A stretch of DNA of 64,000 nt from a virus, in IMG/VR virus record IMGVR_UViG_3300023174_000067, positions 32,001-96,000 of that record; one strand, written 5' to 3'. Within the stretch, counting starts at the first letter, position 1, and each line of letters opens with the position of its first letter. This document shows positions 1 through 9,690 of the stretch, in pieces. Position numbers and translations under genes: made by a program. Below the pieces are notes generated by a model. It saw only the letters and a list, made by a program, of their open reading frames with translations, was not told the DNA's origin and made no database searches.

Positions 1-1424
1 TTATATACGAATTTATGATATAATTCAGATATTATTCTTTCTTTCTGTTCAAATTGATTAAACTCACAATAATCTCCGTCTATAGTATCTCCACTTTTTA
101 AACACTCATTATAGTAAAATTGAAACTGATTACCATTAAGAGTTTTTGTATAACTATTTGTAGGTATATTTGTTTTATTAACAGATTCGTTTAGTACTGA
201 CCAATAAGGAGAAACTGTATACTCTATATTATAACTATACCCTTGTCTTAACGCAGGATATCCTGGTATTGTTGGGTTTAGTGGTTTATTAAACCAACCA
301 AAATAACCTCTATTTATTATTGTAAAAAATAATTCGGTTATTGGTCTATTAAGATTATCTCTATATAATGAGATATCAATGTCTTTTGAAAAAGATAACA
401 AATATGATTGACACCCTTCTTTTTTAGCTATTCTAGCAGTTGTGTCTGGAGTTAAAGAACTATATTCATATTGCCTTTTATTATTAAATATATTTTGTTC
501 AAATCCCGCATTTGTCAATATTGAATCATCAACATTAGTTATTATTTTATTTCTTCTAACATAGTAAATTGATTTTGTTTCGGCAGAATTATTTATATCA
601 ACGATTCTTTTAAAAGTTCCCTCAGAGGAATTAGAAAATGAATTACCCGTAAATCCATTATTAAAAATATTAAAAATAAATTTTTCAGAATTATATCCTT
701 CATTACCCAACGAATAAACTTGGAATAATTTATTTCCATTATACCCATTCCATCCTATAATATTTAATTCAACATATTCACCTTCACTAAGATTATGTTC
801 TACAGGACATACAAATGATATTAAACTTCTACCATTCATAGAATAAGGATTAACTATATAAAAAGGTATTCCATCACCAGATGTCCATGTTACAGTATTA
901 TTTTGAGTTCTATAATATTGTAATGTTTTACTATAATCATTTTCAAAACCATAACTAATATACTGAGTCCAATTATACGTAGATGCACTTTTATTGAAAA
1001 ATTCGACATGTGGTGTTGTCGTACCTGAATTTACAGTATAACCAGAAACATTATTATCAACTCTTATTAAATCAAATTCAAAATATTGAGGATATCCTGA
1101 CCAATTAATACTACCAAAAGAATTTTCCGCATTAACATAATATAATATATTGGTGAACGGTGAATAATTCAAACTACCTAAACTTGTAGTCCCCGAATAT
1201 GCGTTATAAAAAATAAAATCAATTTCGGCAGTAGGCCTAAACATTGATGATGCCTGTCTCTCGTCATCAAAGACTTGCGCCAAATTTACCACGACATTTC
1301 TGTCAAACTCATCCATTTCTTTTTGAGTTCCATCCAAAGTAACATTAATCAATAAATCAGTATCTATTGACCCTTGGTATCTTTTAGACCCCAATACTAT
1401 TTGTGTATCTTTTCTATTACTCAT
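1..1424 (-). CDS. Putative virion/baseplate-associated protein, truncated at window edge (absent from ORF track)
   Basis: ATG at 1424 overlaps the upstream gene's end; reads MSNRKDTQIVLGSKRYQGSIDTD... and the same frame gives ...EQKERIISELYHKFVY at position 1; both ends read by hand. Confidence 0.7.
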   Translation of the reverse strand, partial: MSNRKDTQIVLGSKRYQGSIDTDLLINVTLDGTQKEMDEFDRNVVVNLAQVFDDERQASSMFRPTAEIDFIFYNAYSGTTSLGSLNYSPFTNILYYVNAENSFGSINWSGYPQYFEFDLIRVDNNVSGYTVNSGTTTPHVEFFNKSASTYNWTQYISYGFENDYSKTLQYYRTQNNTVTWTSGDGIPFYIVNPYSMNGRSLISFVCPVEHNLSEGEYVELNIIGWNGYNGNKLFQVYSLGNEGYNSEKFIFNIFNNGFTGNSFSNSSEGTFKRIVDINNSAETKSIYYVRRNKIITNVDDSILTNAGFEQNIFNNKRQYEYSSLTPDTTARIAKKEGCQSYLLSFSKDIDISLYRDNLNRPITELFFTIINRGYFGWFNKPLNPTIPGYPALRQGYSYNIEYTVSPYWSVLNESVNKTNIPTNSYTKTLNGNQFQFYYNECLKSGDTIDGDYCEFNQFEQKERIISELYHKFVY

Positions 1425-4400
1425 TTAAACCTTTTTGTCCTAAATATTTTTCAAAAAATCTGTTTAATGCGGTTTTTCCTTTGGTTAGACCAAAATAAAA
1501 ATACCACGGAGCACCACCTAACGCAGGATTATTATTCAAGGGTGGAGTTGTGTATTGATATTGACCTATGGATTCTAAGGTCGAACCATTTGTCCATATT
1601 GCAGGTAATGTTCCAGTTGCAGTAAATTGTGTACCAGTCGCATTTGAACCTGCACCCACGTTTGTAAAATCATCTCCTAAATTATAATCAATAATAGTAT
1701 ATACTCTACCCACAATTAATGTCCCACTATTAGTGACAATTGGTTGAGTTATTTGTCCAAAAATATAACCTCTATAATCCCAAGAATCACTTATTACCCC
1801 ATACGGATAAGGACTATATATTCTATCTAATAATTGATATTTAATTGCAAAAATATCTGAGGTATTTGTTGCCCAATTATTTTGTTCATTCCCAAAAATA
1901 GTGTTTGAACCATTTATATTCCATTTATAATTTGGAACTACTTGTGATTTAAATGGTTCATAATCATATCTAAATAAACCGTTGTTTGGGTTGTACCTAA
2001 TTGTTCTTCCTGGCGAAATATAATCTCTAACCCGAATATCATCTTCAGATGAATTGAAGAATATTCCCATCATTGGGTTAGATGTTCCTCCGTTTGCAAC
2101 AATAACACTTGGGTTTGGTACCGCCGATGTATAATATTCCGAATCTAACGGTACGACACCAATCTGAGTATTTATTGCGGATGTTTGTGCAAAGTCACCA
2201 TCAACTCTTTGTCCTGCTCTTGAAAATAAATTTTTGATACTACCAGTAAAGCCTGGTAAAAAATCATTCCAAAAAGACCTATTAACCATTCTAGTTACTG
2301 CAAAAAGATTAACTAAAGTGTCTTGATTATTGTAAGATGTATTAATTAATTTATCAACATTATATCCATTAAAATTACCATTTAAAGTTATCTCTTGTAA
2401 GAATGCACTTCTTGGTCCCAAATTCATTATTGTTGTTGGATATTTTAAATTTCTTTCGTTAGCACCTTTAGCTGGGTCTGAAGAGTACGGTGAACCAATA
2501 AATTGACCTTGTATTGTATATGGAGATGAACGATAATAAAAGTTATTCGATTCATACTGTAATACAACAACTTTAGCAGGATAAACTCTTTTTCTAACTT
2601 GATTAAGTTTGTTATAATATGTGTTAATTTTAAATGGAAACGCATATAAATTTCCATTTATCCAATTATTAACAAAAACTTGACTTAAAACTCCACTACA
2701 CAACGCATACATAAACTTAAATCTTGAAATATATTCTTCTAGTTGATTTATGTCTCCGTTTTGACCAAATAAACCCCAAAGAGGTCTACTAACAAATATG
2801 TAACACCCATATTCTACTTTATCATTAGCGGAACAATTAGGGTCAATATTAAAAGATAATCCATCTCCTTGGTAACAATTTAAATCTTTCATAGTATTAC
2901 AAGTGAAACTATTAAGAATATTATTATCTATACCATCAATATCTGATGGGACGCTAGTATCTACAGAAGAATTGAATGTTCCTACCGTAGAGGGTGTTCC
3001 AACAGTTTGGGTAATTCCATTAGAAACACTATAAGCATATGCATCTCTATTATTCTGTAAAATAGGACTATTATCACCTGACACTATGGTATCAGTACTT
3101 GGTAACCTATCGCACCTCATAACAATGTTATTTGGATTAGACATTGTAGTTGTTATTGTAGGATAAATAGGACTATATGTTTTCAACCCTCCATTTGAAT
3201 CCATATAGAGATAACTACCTCCAACTATAGACTCATTTAAAATATATTTAGCATCGTCTCGGCCAAAAGAAGTTAATAAATAAGTATATTTTGGTGGTGA
3301 GGATGACATACCATCAGTATAAATGGTTATATTATTTGAACTATTAGTTGTATTAATTACAAAAAATTTAACCACAATTCTATCTGTTGATAATAACGGA
3401 ACTGAAGATGTAGTATATGTTAATGCATTTTCTGAATATGTTGATGTGATATGAACCTCATTGGATTGAAATAAAAAAGTTTCATTATTAGAGATATCTT
3501 TTTTATACACTTCAAAATGAATAAACGAATCCGTTGACGTTGAAATAAGATTTAGTGTCCAAGTTCCTGCGGGAATAGTTGTTTGATTTGGCGAATTTGT
3601 CGCGGTAACATACTCACTTCCGACAGGAATATATCGTGAAATTCTACTTCCATTTGACCAAGTAATAGGATTTCCGTTATATATGAAAACAGTACCATTA
3701 TTATTGTTAGGTGCTCCTCCAGGTACAAAGTTATCACCACCATTAAACTGTACAATTTTATATTTATTACCCGCAACTAAAAGACCTCCAGTATTATATC
3801 CAGGTACAGTTTGTGTGACAAACCAAACAGTTGAATTTCTATCAGGACTTAACGTATTACTCTGTGTTGTATTTAAATAAAATATTTTACCGTCACTATT
3901 GGTACTTCCTGCACCAAGATAAAATCCGTTGTTTATTTTGGATGTCAAATCAGTTACTCCATTATTATTACCCACATTAACATAATTAATTAATGGGTCT
4001 GAAACAAATACAGGAGGAGGATTTGAAGTGATTGTATCATCTAATCTTGAATAATATCTTAAATTATTTGTGGTATATGATATGTAATTTCCAGGTGTAA
4101 AAATATAAGATGGAAAAAATACATTTTTCCCATTATTTGGTGTGTTGTTATTTGTTGCTAAACTATTTTCAAAACATATGTTATCTCCTGACGCACCCCC
4201 AATAGATGTATCTATTCCTTGTATTGGAATATTTAATCTATAGTCAGAATTAATTAGAACCGCATTTGCATTATTGTATCCAAAAATTTTCCCCAATCCG
4301 ATTTGGGTATTATATAAAGGACTGTATTGGTCAACCCCTCTTTGTAATAACACTATATATAACCCACTAGCACCCGAATTGTTAATTCCTAAACAATCTG

Positions 4401-7059
4401 AAATATTTGCCACACTTAAAATTGTTGTGTTGGTAACACTATCTGTTTTATATATATAAACCTTTCCTTTAAGTATATCGGCCAATGAACCATTCAGAGG
4501 TGACGAATTTGACTTAGAAATAAAATCTGTCATTGTCATACCTGTTATTACTTGAAAATATTCAATATCAGATTGAAATGCGTACGCCTTTACTTCCGTA
4601 AAATTATTTGGTAATGTATAAGTTGTTTGTTGATTACCTATTTTATTTAAAGGATTTGAATAATTTACAGTTATTGAACTTGGATAATTTGTGGTACCTG
4701 TAACATTTCTTGTTCCAAAAACGTTTCTTGTTCCTCCTGTGATATTTGGGTCAGTAGATTTTTTAACATCAGTAAAACTAAACAAGCTGCTGGCAGAAAA
4801 TATTGCCATGTTACCTTGTACGTTTACCACTACCGCTATGATATTATCTAAATGTGAATTCGTATTTACAGATGGATTATACTTTACAGATATTTGATTT
4901 ACACCTCCATTGTCATTATAAAATTTTCCTTTAGTGTTGAATGAGTTTATTCTTTCGGCAAAAGGTAAGTCGTTAGACCTATAACTAATAGTAGGAAATA
5001 ATTGATTTGTTGGTCTCAAATTATTTCCTGAAATAATTTGTATAATGGGGTCACTATCGTTAAGTGTAAATCCTTTAAATATGGATGGAATATTACTACC
5101 GTTATTAATCCATAATGGATAATAACTTCCAGGATTTAATTGTCCTTGATATCCAAAATTAACAAAAAATCTACCAGCTCTTGTTGAGGTTTGTGCTGGT
5201 AATGGTGTTGGTGGGGTTCCTGCGGTTCCGTTTCCATCATCATCTTCTTTTTCACAGGTACAAGTATCACAATCAGGATAGGTAATCATTGGCAATCTTA
5301 TATCTGGAAAATTATCAAATGGTTGGTTACAATCTATTCCTATTCCGCTACACAATCCATCAAAAGGACAATAACTAAGTGGCCATGGAAGACAAATATT
5401 ACATATACCACATAATATTATTGTAAAAATACCAATAACTATATTCAAAACCCAAGCCGAAACACTATACGCAATTATAATAGGATACATTAAAAATCCA
5501 ATAACCGTCATTAAAAAATTAATAATTAACCACATTAATGTTGTATGAAACACCCCATCATTAACAGGATATTTATTAGATGTATCTTCGCAAGTATCAT
5601 CATCAATTCTTTTTATTCCTATAAACCTTTCTCTAACTTTCCTTCTTTTATCTAAATCAACAAATTGTGATACCGTATACACTTTATTATAATCATATTC
5701 ATAAAAATAATCTTCACAATTTATTATACTTAAAATATCAGGATTTGTAACACTAACTTGGCTAGTTGTATAAGCAGACCAATCTAAACTAAACGCATAT
5801 GAACTTTGAGCCTCGTAATAAGGTATAGCACCTAATTGTCCACTTAATGGGTCAATATTGCCTTGATTATTACTAGTATCCCATCCCTTTTCTTTGATAT
5901 TTGGAACTAAATAATAACCCCTTTTATAATCCTCGTTGATATTTTTACTTTGTTGCCACTTTATTTTAAATCGATACTTACCTTTTGTCGGAATACCAAC
6001 ACTTGGGTCTTCAGATAAGACCAAATCACCAAATTCATTTGTGTAAACATAATCCAAATTCATTGGTATATCGAACAACCATGTTCCATCCCCATCAATT
6101 AAATGTCCTCCATTTGGTAAATTAGCCCTTTCCAATACTGGTAACCCATCTGAATCTTGATATATTGTTTGAGTAATTCCAATGATTTCTCCAGGTCCCG
6201 TAATCATTTTACATAAATCTCCTGTCGCCTTTTGAGCCCTACCATTTTGCTTCACCCCTGATTTTTCGTTTGAACTCATTAGAGAACCCATAAAAATAGC
6301 AGTTGGTTTTATGTCAATATTAGCTTCCCCTGTTAAATCAAAATCGACTCTATTAATACCAATTTGGCAAACTTCAGGTTGACCCCAAAATGGTAATATC
6401 TCTACTGTTTTACTTATGGTAATAATCTGAGGTAGCTCATTAAAATTTGATGATGCCTTAAATTTCACACCGTCAAATTGTTCTTCATTTGCAATTCCCA
6501 TTCTAATCAAATCCTGAGGAGACAATGAGAAAGGACCTATATCAGATAGGTCAACATTCATAACTAATGTTTGAGTTCCTGTTGGAACACCAAAAATTAA
6601 AAAGTCACCGCTATCATTTGTCGATACTGTAAATTTATAATACTTGTCGTATAACTCAACAACCGTTTGGTTTGTTAACGCATCTGTTCTAGTTGGAAAA
6701 GTACCTGTTGGTACATGTTCAGAATATGATGGTATATATGGTAATAGATTATACACATACCCATCTTCATTTCTTTGTTCTAAATTTTTATAAGGGTATA
6801 TTGCATTTATTACAGGATTCTCTTCATCTTCAGGTAGTATTGGTATAAAGATTGAAACTCGGGCATTTGGTATACCATATCCATTATTGGCAAAAACTCT
6901 ACCAGCGATAACCCCATAATCGGAACACATTCTAGTATAGACATCTTGTTGTCTAATTTTTAATGATAAGATTTCTAATTGTTCAAAATCTTGGTCTATT
7001 AAAACTTGAATATTTTTATCCTGACCAGGTGTTGTCCTAATTCTATACGATTGACCCAT
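1417..7059 (-). CDS. Large virion structural protein (~1880 aa) with N-terminal carboxypeptidase-regulatory-like domain and an internal hydrophobic/Cys-rich segment
   Basis: Follows the baseplate wedge gene; GVIAGRVFANNGYGIPNARVSIF...TNDSGDFLIFGVP; start moved to MGQSY (7059), which has a TATTTAT motif ~20 nt upstream. Confidence 0.6.
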   Translation of the reverse strand: MGQSYRIRTTPGQDKNIQVLIDQDFEQLEILSLKIRQQDVYTRMCSDYGVIAGRVFANNGYGIPNARVSIFIPILPEDEENPVINAIYPYKNLEQRNEDGYVYNLLPYIPSYSEHVPTGTFPTRTDALTNQTVVELYDKYYKFTVSTNDSGDFLIFGVPTGTQTLVMNVDLSDIGPFSLSPQDLIRMGIANEEQFDGVKFKASSNFNELPQIITISKTVEILPFWGQPEVCQIGINRVDFDLTGEANIDIKPTAIFMGSLMSSNEKSGVKQNGRAQKATGDLCKMITGPGEIIGITQTIYQDSDGLPVLERANLPNGGHLIDGDGTWLFDIPMNLDYVYTNEFGDLVLSEDPSVGIPTKGKYRFKIKWQQSKNINEDYKRGYYLVPNIKEKGWDTSNNQGNIDPLSGQLGAIPYYEAQSSYAFSLDWSAYTTSQVSVTNPDILSIINCEDYFYEYDYNKVYTVSQFVDLDKRRKVRERFIGIKRIDDDTCEDTSNKYPVNDGVFHTTLMWLIINFLMTVIGFLMYPIIIAYSVSAWVLNIVIGIFTIILCGICNICLPWPLSYCPFDGLCSGIGIDCNQPFDNFPDIRLPMITYPDCDTCTCEKEDDDGNGTAGTPPTPLPAQTSTRAGRFFVNFGYQGQLNPGSYYPLWINNGSNIPSIFKGFTLNDSDPIIQIISGNNLRPTNQLFPTISYRSNDLPFAERINSFNTKGKFYNDNGGVNQISVKYNPSVNTNSHLDNIIAVVVNVQGNMAIFSASSLFSFTDVKKSTDPNITGGTRNVFGTRNVTGTTNYPSSITVNYSNPLNKIGNQQTTYTLPNNFTEVKAYAFQSDIEYFQVITGMTMTDFISKSNSSPLNGSLADILKGKVYIYKTDSVTNTTILSVANISDCLGINNSGASGLYIVLLQRGVDQYSPLYNTQIGLGKIFGYNNANAVLINSDYRLNIPIQGIDTSIGGASGDNICFENSLATNNNTPNNGKNVFFPSYIFTPGNYISYTTNNLRYYSRLDDTITSNPPPVFVSDPLINYVNVGNNNGVTDLTSKINNGFYLGAGSTNSDGKIFYLNTTQSNTLSPDRNSTVWFVTQTVPGYNTGGLLVAGNKYKIVQFNGGDNFVPGGAPNNNNGTVFIYNGNPITWSNGSRISRYIPVGSEYVTATNSPNQTTIPAGTWTLNLISTSTDSFIHFEVYKKDISNNETFLFQSNEVHITSTYSENALTYTTSSVPLLSTDRIVVKFFVINTTNSSNNITIYTDGMSSSPPKYTYLLTSFGRDDAKYILNESIVGGSYLYMDSNGGLKTYSPIYPTITTTMSNPNNIVMRCDRLPSTDTIVSGDNSPILQNNRDAYAYSVSNGITQTVGTPSTVGTFNSSVDTSVPSDIDGIDNNILNSFTCNTMKDLNCYQGDGLSFNIDPNCSANDKVEYGCYIFVSRPLWGLFGQNGDINQLEEYISRFKFMYALCSGVLSQVFVNNWINGNLYAFPFKINTYYNKLNQVRKRVYPAKVVVLQYESNNFYYRSSPYTIQGQFIGSPYSSDPAKGANERNLKYPTTIMNLGPRSAFLQEITLNGNFNGYNVDKLINTSYNNQDTLVNLFAVTRMVNRSFWNDFLPGFTGSIKNLFSRAGQRVDGDFAQTSAINTQIGVVPLDSEYYTSAVPNPSVIVANGGTSNPMMGIFFNSSEDDIRVRDYISPGRTIRYNPNNGLFRYDYEPFKSQVVPNYKWNINGSNTIFGNEQNNWATNTSDIFAIKYQLLDRIYSPYPYGVISDSWDYRGYIFGQITQPIVTNSGTLIVGRVYTIIDYNLGDDFTNVGAGSNATGTQFTATGTLPAIWTNGSTLESIGQYQYTTPPLNNNPALGGAPWYFYFGLTKGKTALNRFFEKYLGQKGLNE

Positions 7060-7158
7060 TAATAATCTCTTTAAAAGATAAATAGTTGATGGTGCATTTT
7101 TGAGAGAGCGTAGATGCACGTATTATAAACATAAACGTATTATCTAATAAATAAATTA

Positions 7159-9000
7159 TTAACTAATAGATACTGTTTGGAAATTTTTAACTTTGATTCT
7201 AATATCTTTATTAGGATATCTAATTTGATATATTTGATTGGGTAATGCAAATAAAGTTCCATCAACAGGTTGAATTTCTTTGGTTGCGGAATCTTTATAC
7301 GCCATTGATGTCTCAGAAGATGAATATTGACCTCCTAAATTATTGAATACTTTTAATTCAGTTATTGATATAACACCATTTTCGGATTGTATGATTCTAT
7401 TTAATTCAGATAGATTAACATTTTGACCTAACTGTCTTGTTAATGGATTAAAATATGTGTTGATTTTATCAATAACAGAAGCAATAACCACATTTTGATT
7501 TTGACTTGAATCTAAAACAATTGATAATTCAAATCCCAAGTCTATCACTTCTGCAGTTTCAACTGAAATGTAATCATTAACCATTCTATAGTTTGACAAA
7601 TATTCCGCAATATTATTTATTAAAGTATTTGAAACTATTTGAGTTAAAGAACCTGAAGTGTCATATGATAAAATTTTAACTCTAACTTTATTATCTTCTT
7701 CAACTATTGCAACCTTTGCGGGAGCCCCAAATGTTGAAGGCATTTTTCTAATTAATGCTTCGTAGTCATTGACGGTAACCGCTCTATCTTGTGCTGCGAA
7801 ATTAAAAGAAACAAAGTTTCTTATTTCTTCTAAAGTAGGTAATCCTGCACCACCAATAGCCGCTGTTACGTTTTCGCATTTTAAAGAATTTACCACAGAA
7901 GTATTTGTGGCTTCAGAAGGTCCATTAACAAAAAATGATACTGTTCCAATCTGATTAATAACTTTAACACCTAAATTTGTTGCTAAACCACCACCTACTC
8001 TATATTGAATAAATAATGTGGTATTTGGTTTTAAAGTACTACCTAATGAGAAATTATTTAAATATGTTTGCATACTTTGAACATTAATTCCATTTCTCGC
8101 AAACTCTCTAAGTTGGTCATCTGCTGATGTATTACCACCACCAAATGTCATTTTTAAAAATCCTTGTGGTGTGTATTCAGTTATGAATCTATCATTTGTT
8201 GTTATATACTTACCAACTTTTATACCAGGCATATCTGATGGTTTTGTTGGGTCTTCAATAAAAACTTTATCTTGAACTAAAGCATCTACTTCATACCATT
8301 TACCAACAGGTGATAAAAATTCTTGAGCGGTTGGCACATTTGAATAATTAGTTCCGTCTTTTTGAATTACCGCAGTAACACCTAATACATTTTTTTCAGG
8401 TAAAAATAATTCAAAGAAGGGTCTAACATCATTAGGTGTTATTGTTTGTTTAAAAACCTTTGTTAATCCATTAACAACTAATTCTCTTTTTGTTATGGTA
8501 TAATTAACCAATACATTATTACCATTAAAGTTTGGTTTTTTAGTTCTATTTAAAAATCCTTGAGCATTATACGGTGAGTTAAAATCAATATCATTTACTG
8601 TTTCAAATATTTGACCAGCACCAACAACTTGACTACCTCTTCTCAATGTTCCTTCATATCTTTCATCATCTTTATCACCATTAGCAGGTACTGTTATTGA
8701 AAAATCAACTAAAGATACCGAAGGTCTCTGACCTGGTAATTTTAATCCGTAAGTTCTAGCGATATTAAAAATTGATGATTTCTGTTGGGCATATTGTAAT
8801 ACAGTTTCTTGAATACTTCTATCAATATGATAATGTAAATTATCTGATATTGCAGCATTTAAATCTAATAAAACCGAAAAAACTGAGGCGTCATTGAAGT
8901 TATCAATTAACTCAGGATAATAAAGTTTTGTAAAGTTTATTAATTCCGTTCTTATAGCTTGGAAATCCCTTACTGTATATGATATTCTTTTTTCTGCCAT
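7159..9000 (-). CDS. Baseplate wedge subunit (T4 gp6/P2 gpJ-like)
   Basis: RDFQAIRTELINF, SIFNIARTYG, AAIGGAG..TLEEIR, AQDRAVTVNDYEALI motifs; adjacent to gp25-like gene. Confidence 0.9.
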   Translation of the reverse strand: MAEKRISYTVRDFQAIRTELINFTKLYYPELIDNFNDASVFSVLLDLNAAISDNLHYHIDRSIQETVLQYAQQKSSIFNIARTYGLKLPGQRPSVSLVDFSITVPANGDKDDERYEGTLRRGSQVVGAGQIFETVNDIDFNSPYNAQGFLNRTKKPNFNGNNVLVNYTITKRELVVNGLTKVFKQTITPNDVRPFFELFLPEKNVLGVTAVIQKDGTNYSNVPTAQEFLSPVGKWYEVDALVQDKVFIEDPTKPSDMPGIKVGKYITTNDRFITEYTPQGFLKMTFGGGNTSADDQLREFARNGINVQSMQTYLNNFSLGSTLKPNTTLFIQYRVGGGLATNLGVKVINQIGTVSFFVNGPSEATNTSVVNSLKCENVTAAIGGAGLPTLEEIRNFVSFNFAAQDRAVTVNDYEALIRKMPSTFGAPAKVAIVEEDNKVRVKILSYDTSGSLTQIVSNTLINNIAEYLSNYRMVNDYISVETAEVIDLGFELSIVLDSSQNQNVVIASVIDKINTYFNPLTRQLGQNVNLSELNRIIQSENGVISITELKVFNNLGGQYSSSETSMAYKDSATKEIQPVDGTLFALPNQIYQIRYPNKDIRIKVKNFQTVSIS

Positions 9001-9005
9001 ATAAT

Positions 9006-9476
9006 TTAAATATTAAGTATTATAAAATCTTTAGAGCCAAACGCATCTTCGGTTATTGCATAGTCAATTCTAACTACCGCAGTATATTCTTTAGTATTAG
9101 TACCTGGTACTCGATATATTCTATCATCTTTACTATCGGTTTGAGTGATATATGTAGGTTTAGTACTTTCTTCCTCATTTGTCGCAGCATTTATTGATAT
9201 ATTTGTTATTTTTAATTGAGGTAAGAATTTTTCACACGCTTCTCTAATATCTTCTTCTATATTATTAAATGTCGGACTATCTAATGGTTCAAAAATAAAC
9301 TCATATAATCTAGTCCCAAAATCAGGTAAAAAATACCTAGACCCTTTTCTTGTTAATAACAAATGTATTAAATCAGTTTTAATCTCATCATTAGCCGTTT
9401 GAGTTAATTTTAAATACTTACCTTCAGTCGAGGGAATAAAGGGGAATGCAATACCATATGTTTTACCATCTGCCAT
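9006..9476 (-). CDS. Baseplate wedge/sheath initiator (gp25/gpW-like)
   Basis: IKTDLIHLLLTRKGSRYFLPDFGTRLYEFIFEP signature. Confidence 0.9.
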   Translation of the reverse strand: MADGKTYGIAFPFIPSTEGKYLKLTQTANDEIKTDLIHLLLTRKGSRYFLPDFGTRLYEFIFEPLDSPTFNNIEEDIREACEKFLPQLKITNISINAATNEEESTKPTYITQTDSKDDRIYRVPGTNTKEYTAVVRIDYAITEDAFGSKDFIILNI

Positions 9477-9494
9477 AACAATAAATATAATGTA

Positions 9495-9689
9495 TTAGTC
9501 TTTTTTTATGTTAGTTATACCTTTTTCGTGTCTTGGTTCATATGGACAATTTAAACATCGGTTTCCACAACAATGTCCTCTACTTAAATGATAGTCCTCA
9601 GTAAAAACTAATAAACCCTTTTCATTAAAATAATAATAAGAAGGGAGAAGTTTATCCTTCTCCCTAATTTTTTGTTCTATGTTTTCCAT
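9495..9689 (-). CDS. Small Cys-rich protein (DUF5522-like)
   Basis: YYFNEKGLLVFTEDYHLSRGHCCGNRCLNCPY; likely start MENIEQ just after the RNR stop. Confidence 0.75.
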   Translation of the reverse strand: MENIEQKIREKDKLLPSYYYFNEKGLLVFTEDYHLSRGHCCGNRCLNCPYEPRHEKGITNIKKD

Positions 9690-9690
9690 A

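Noticed and set aside
7092-7119. GTGCAT/ATGCAC inverted repeat, and the ORF-track start at 7119
   Set aside because: Short stem with a long loop; the ATG at 7059 fits the upstream motif better
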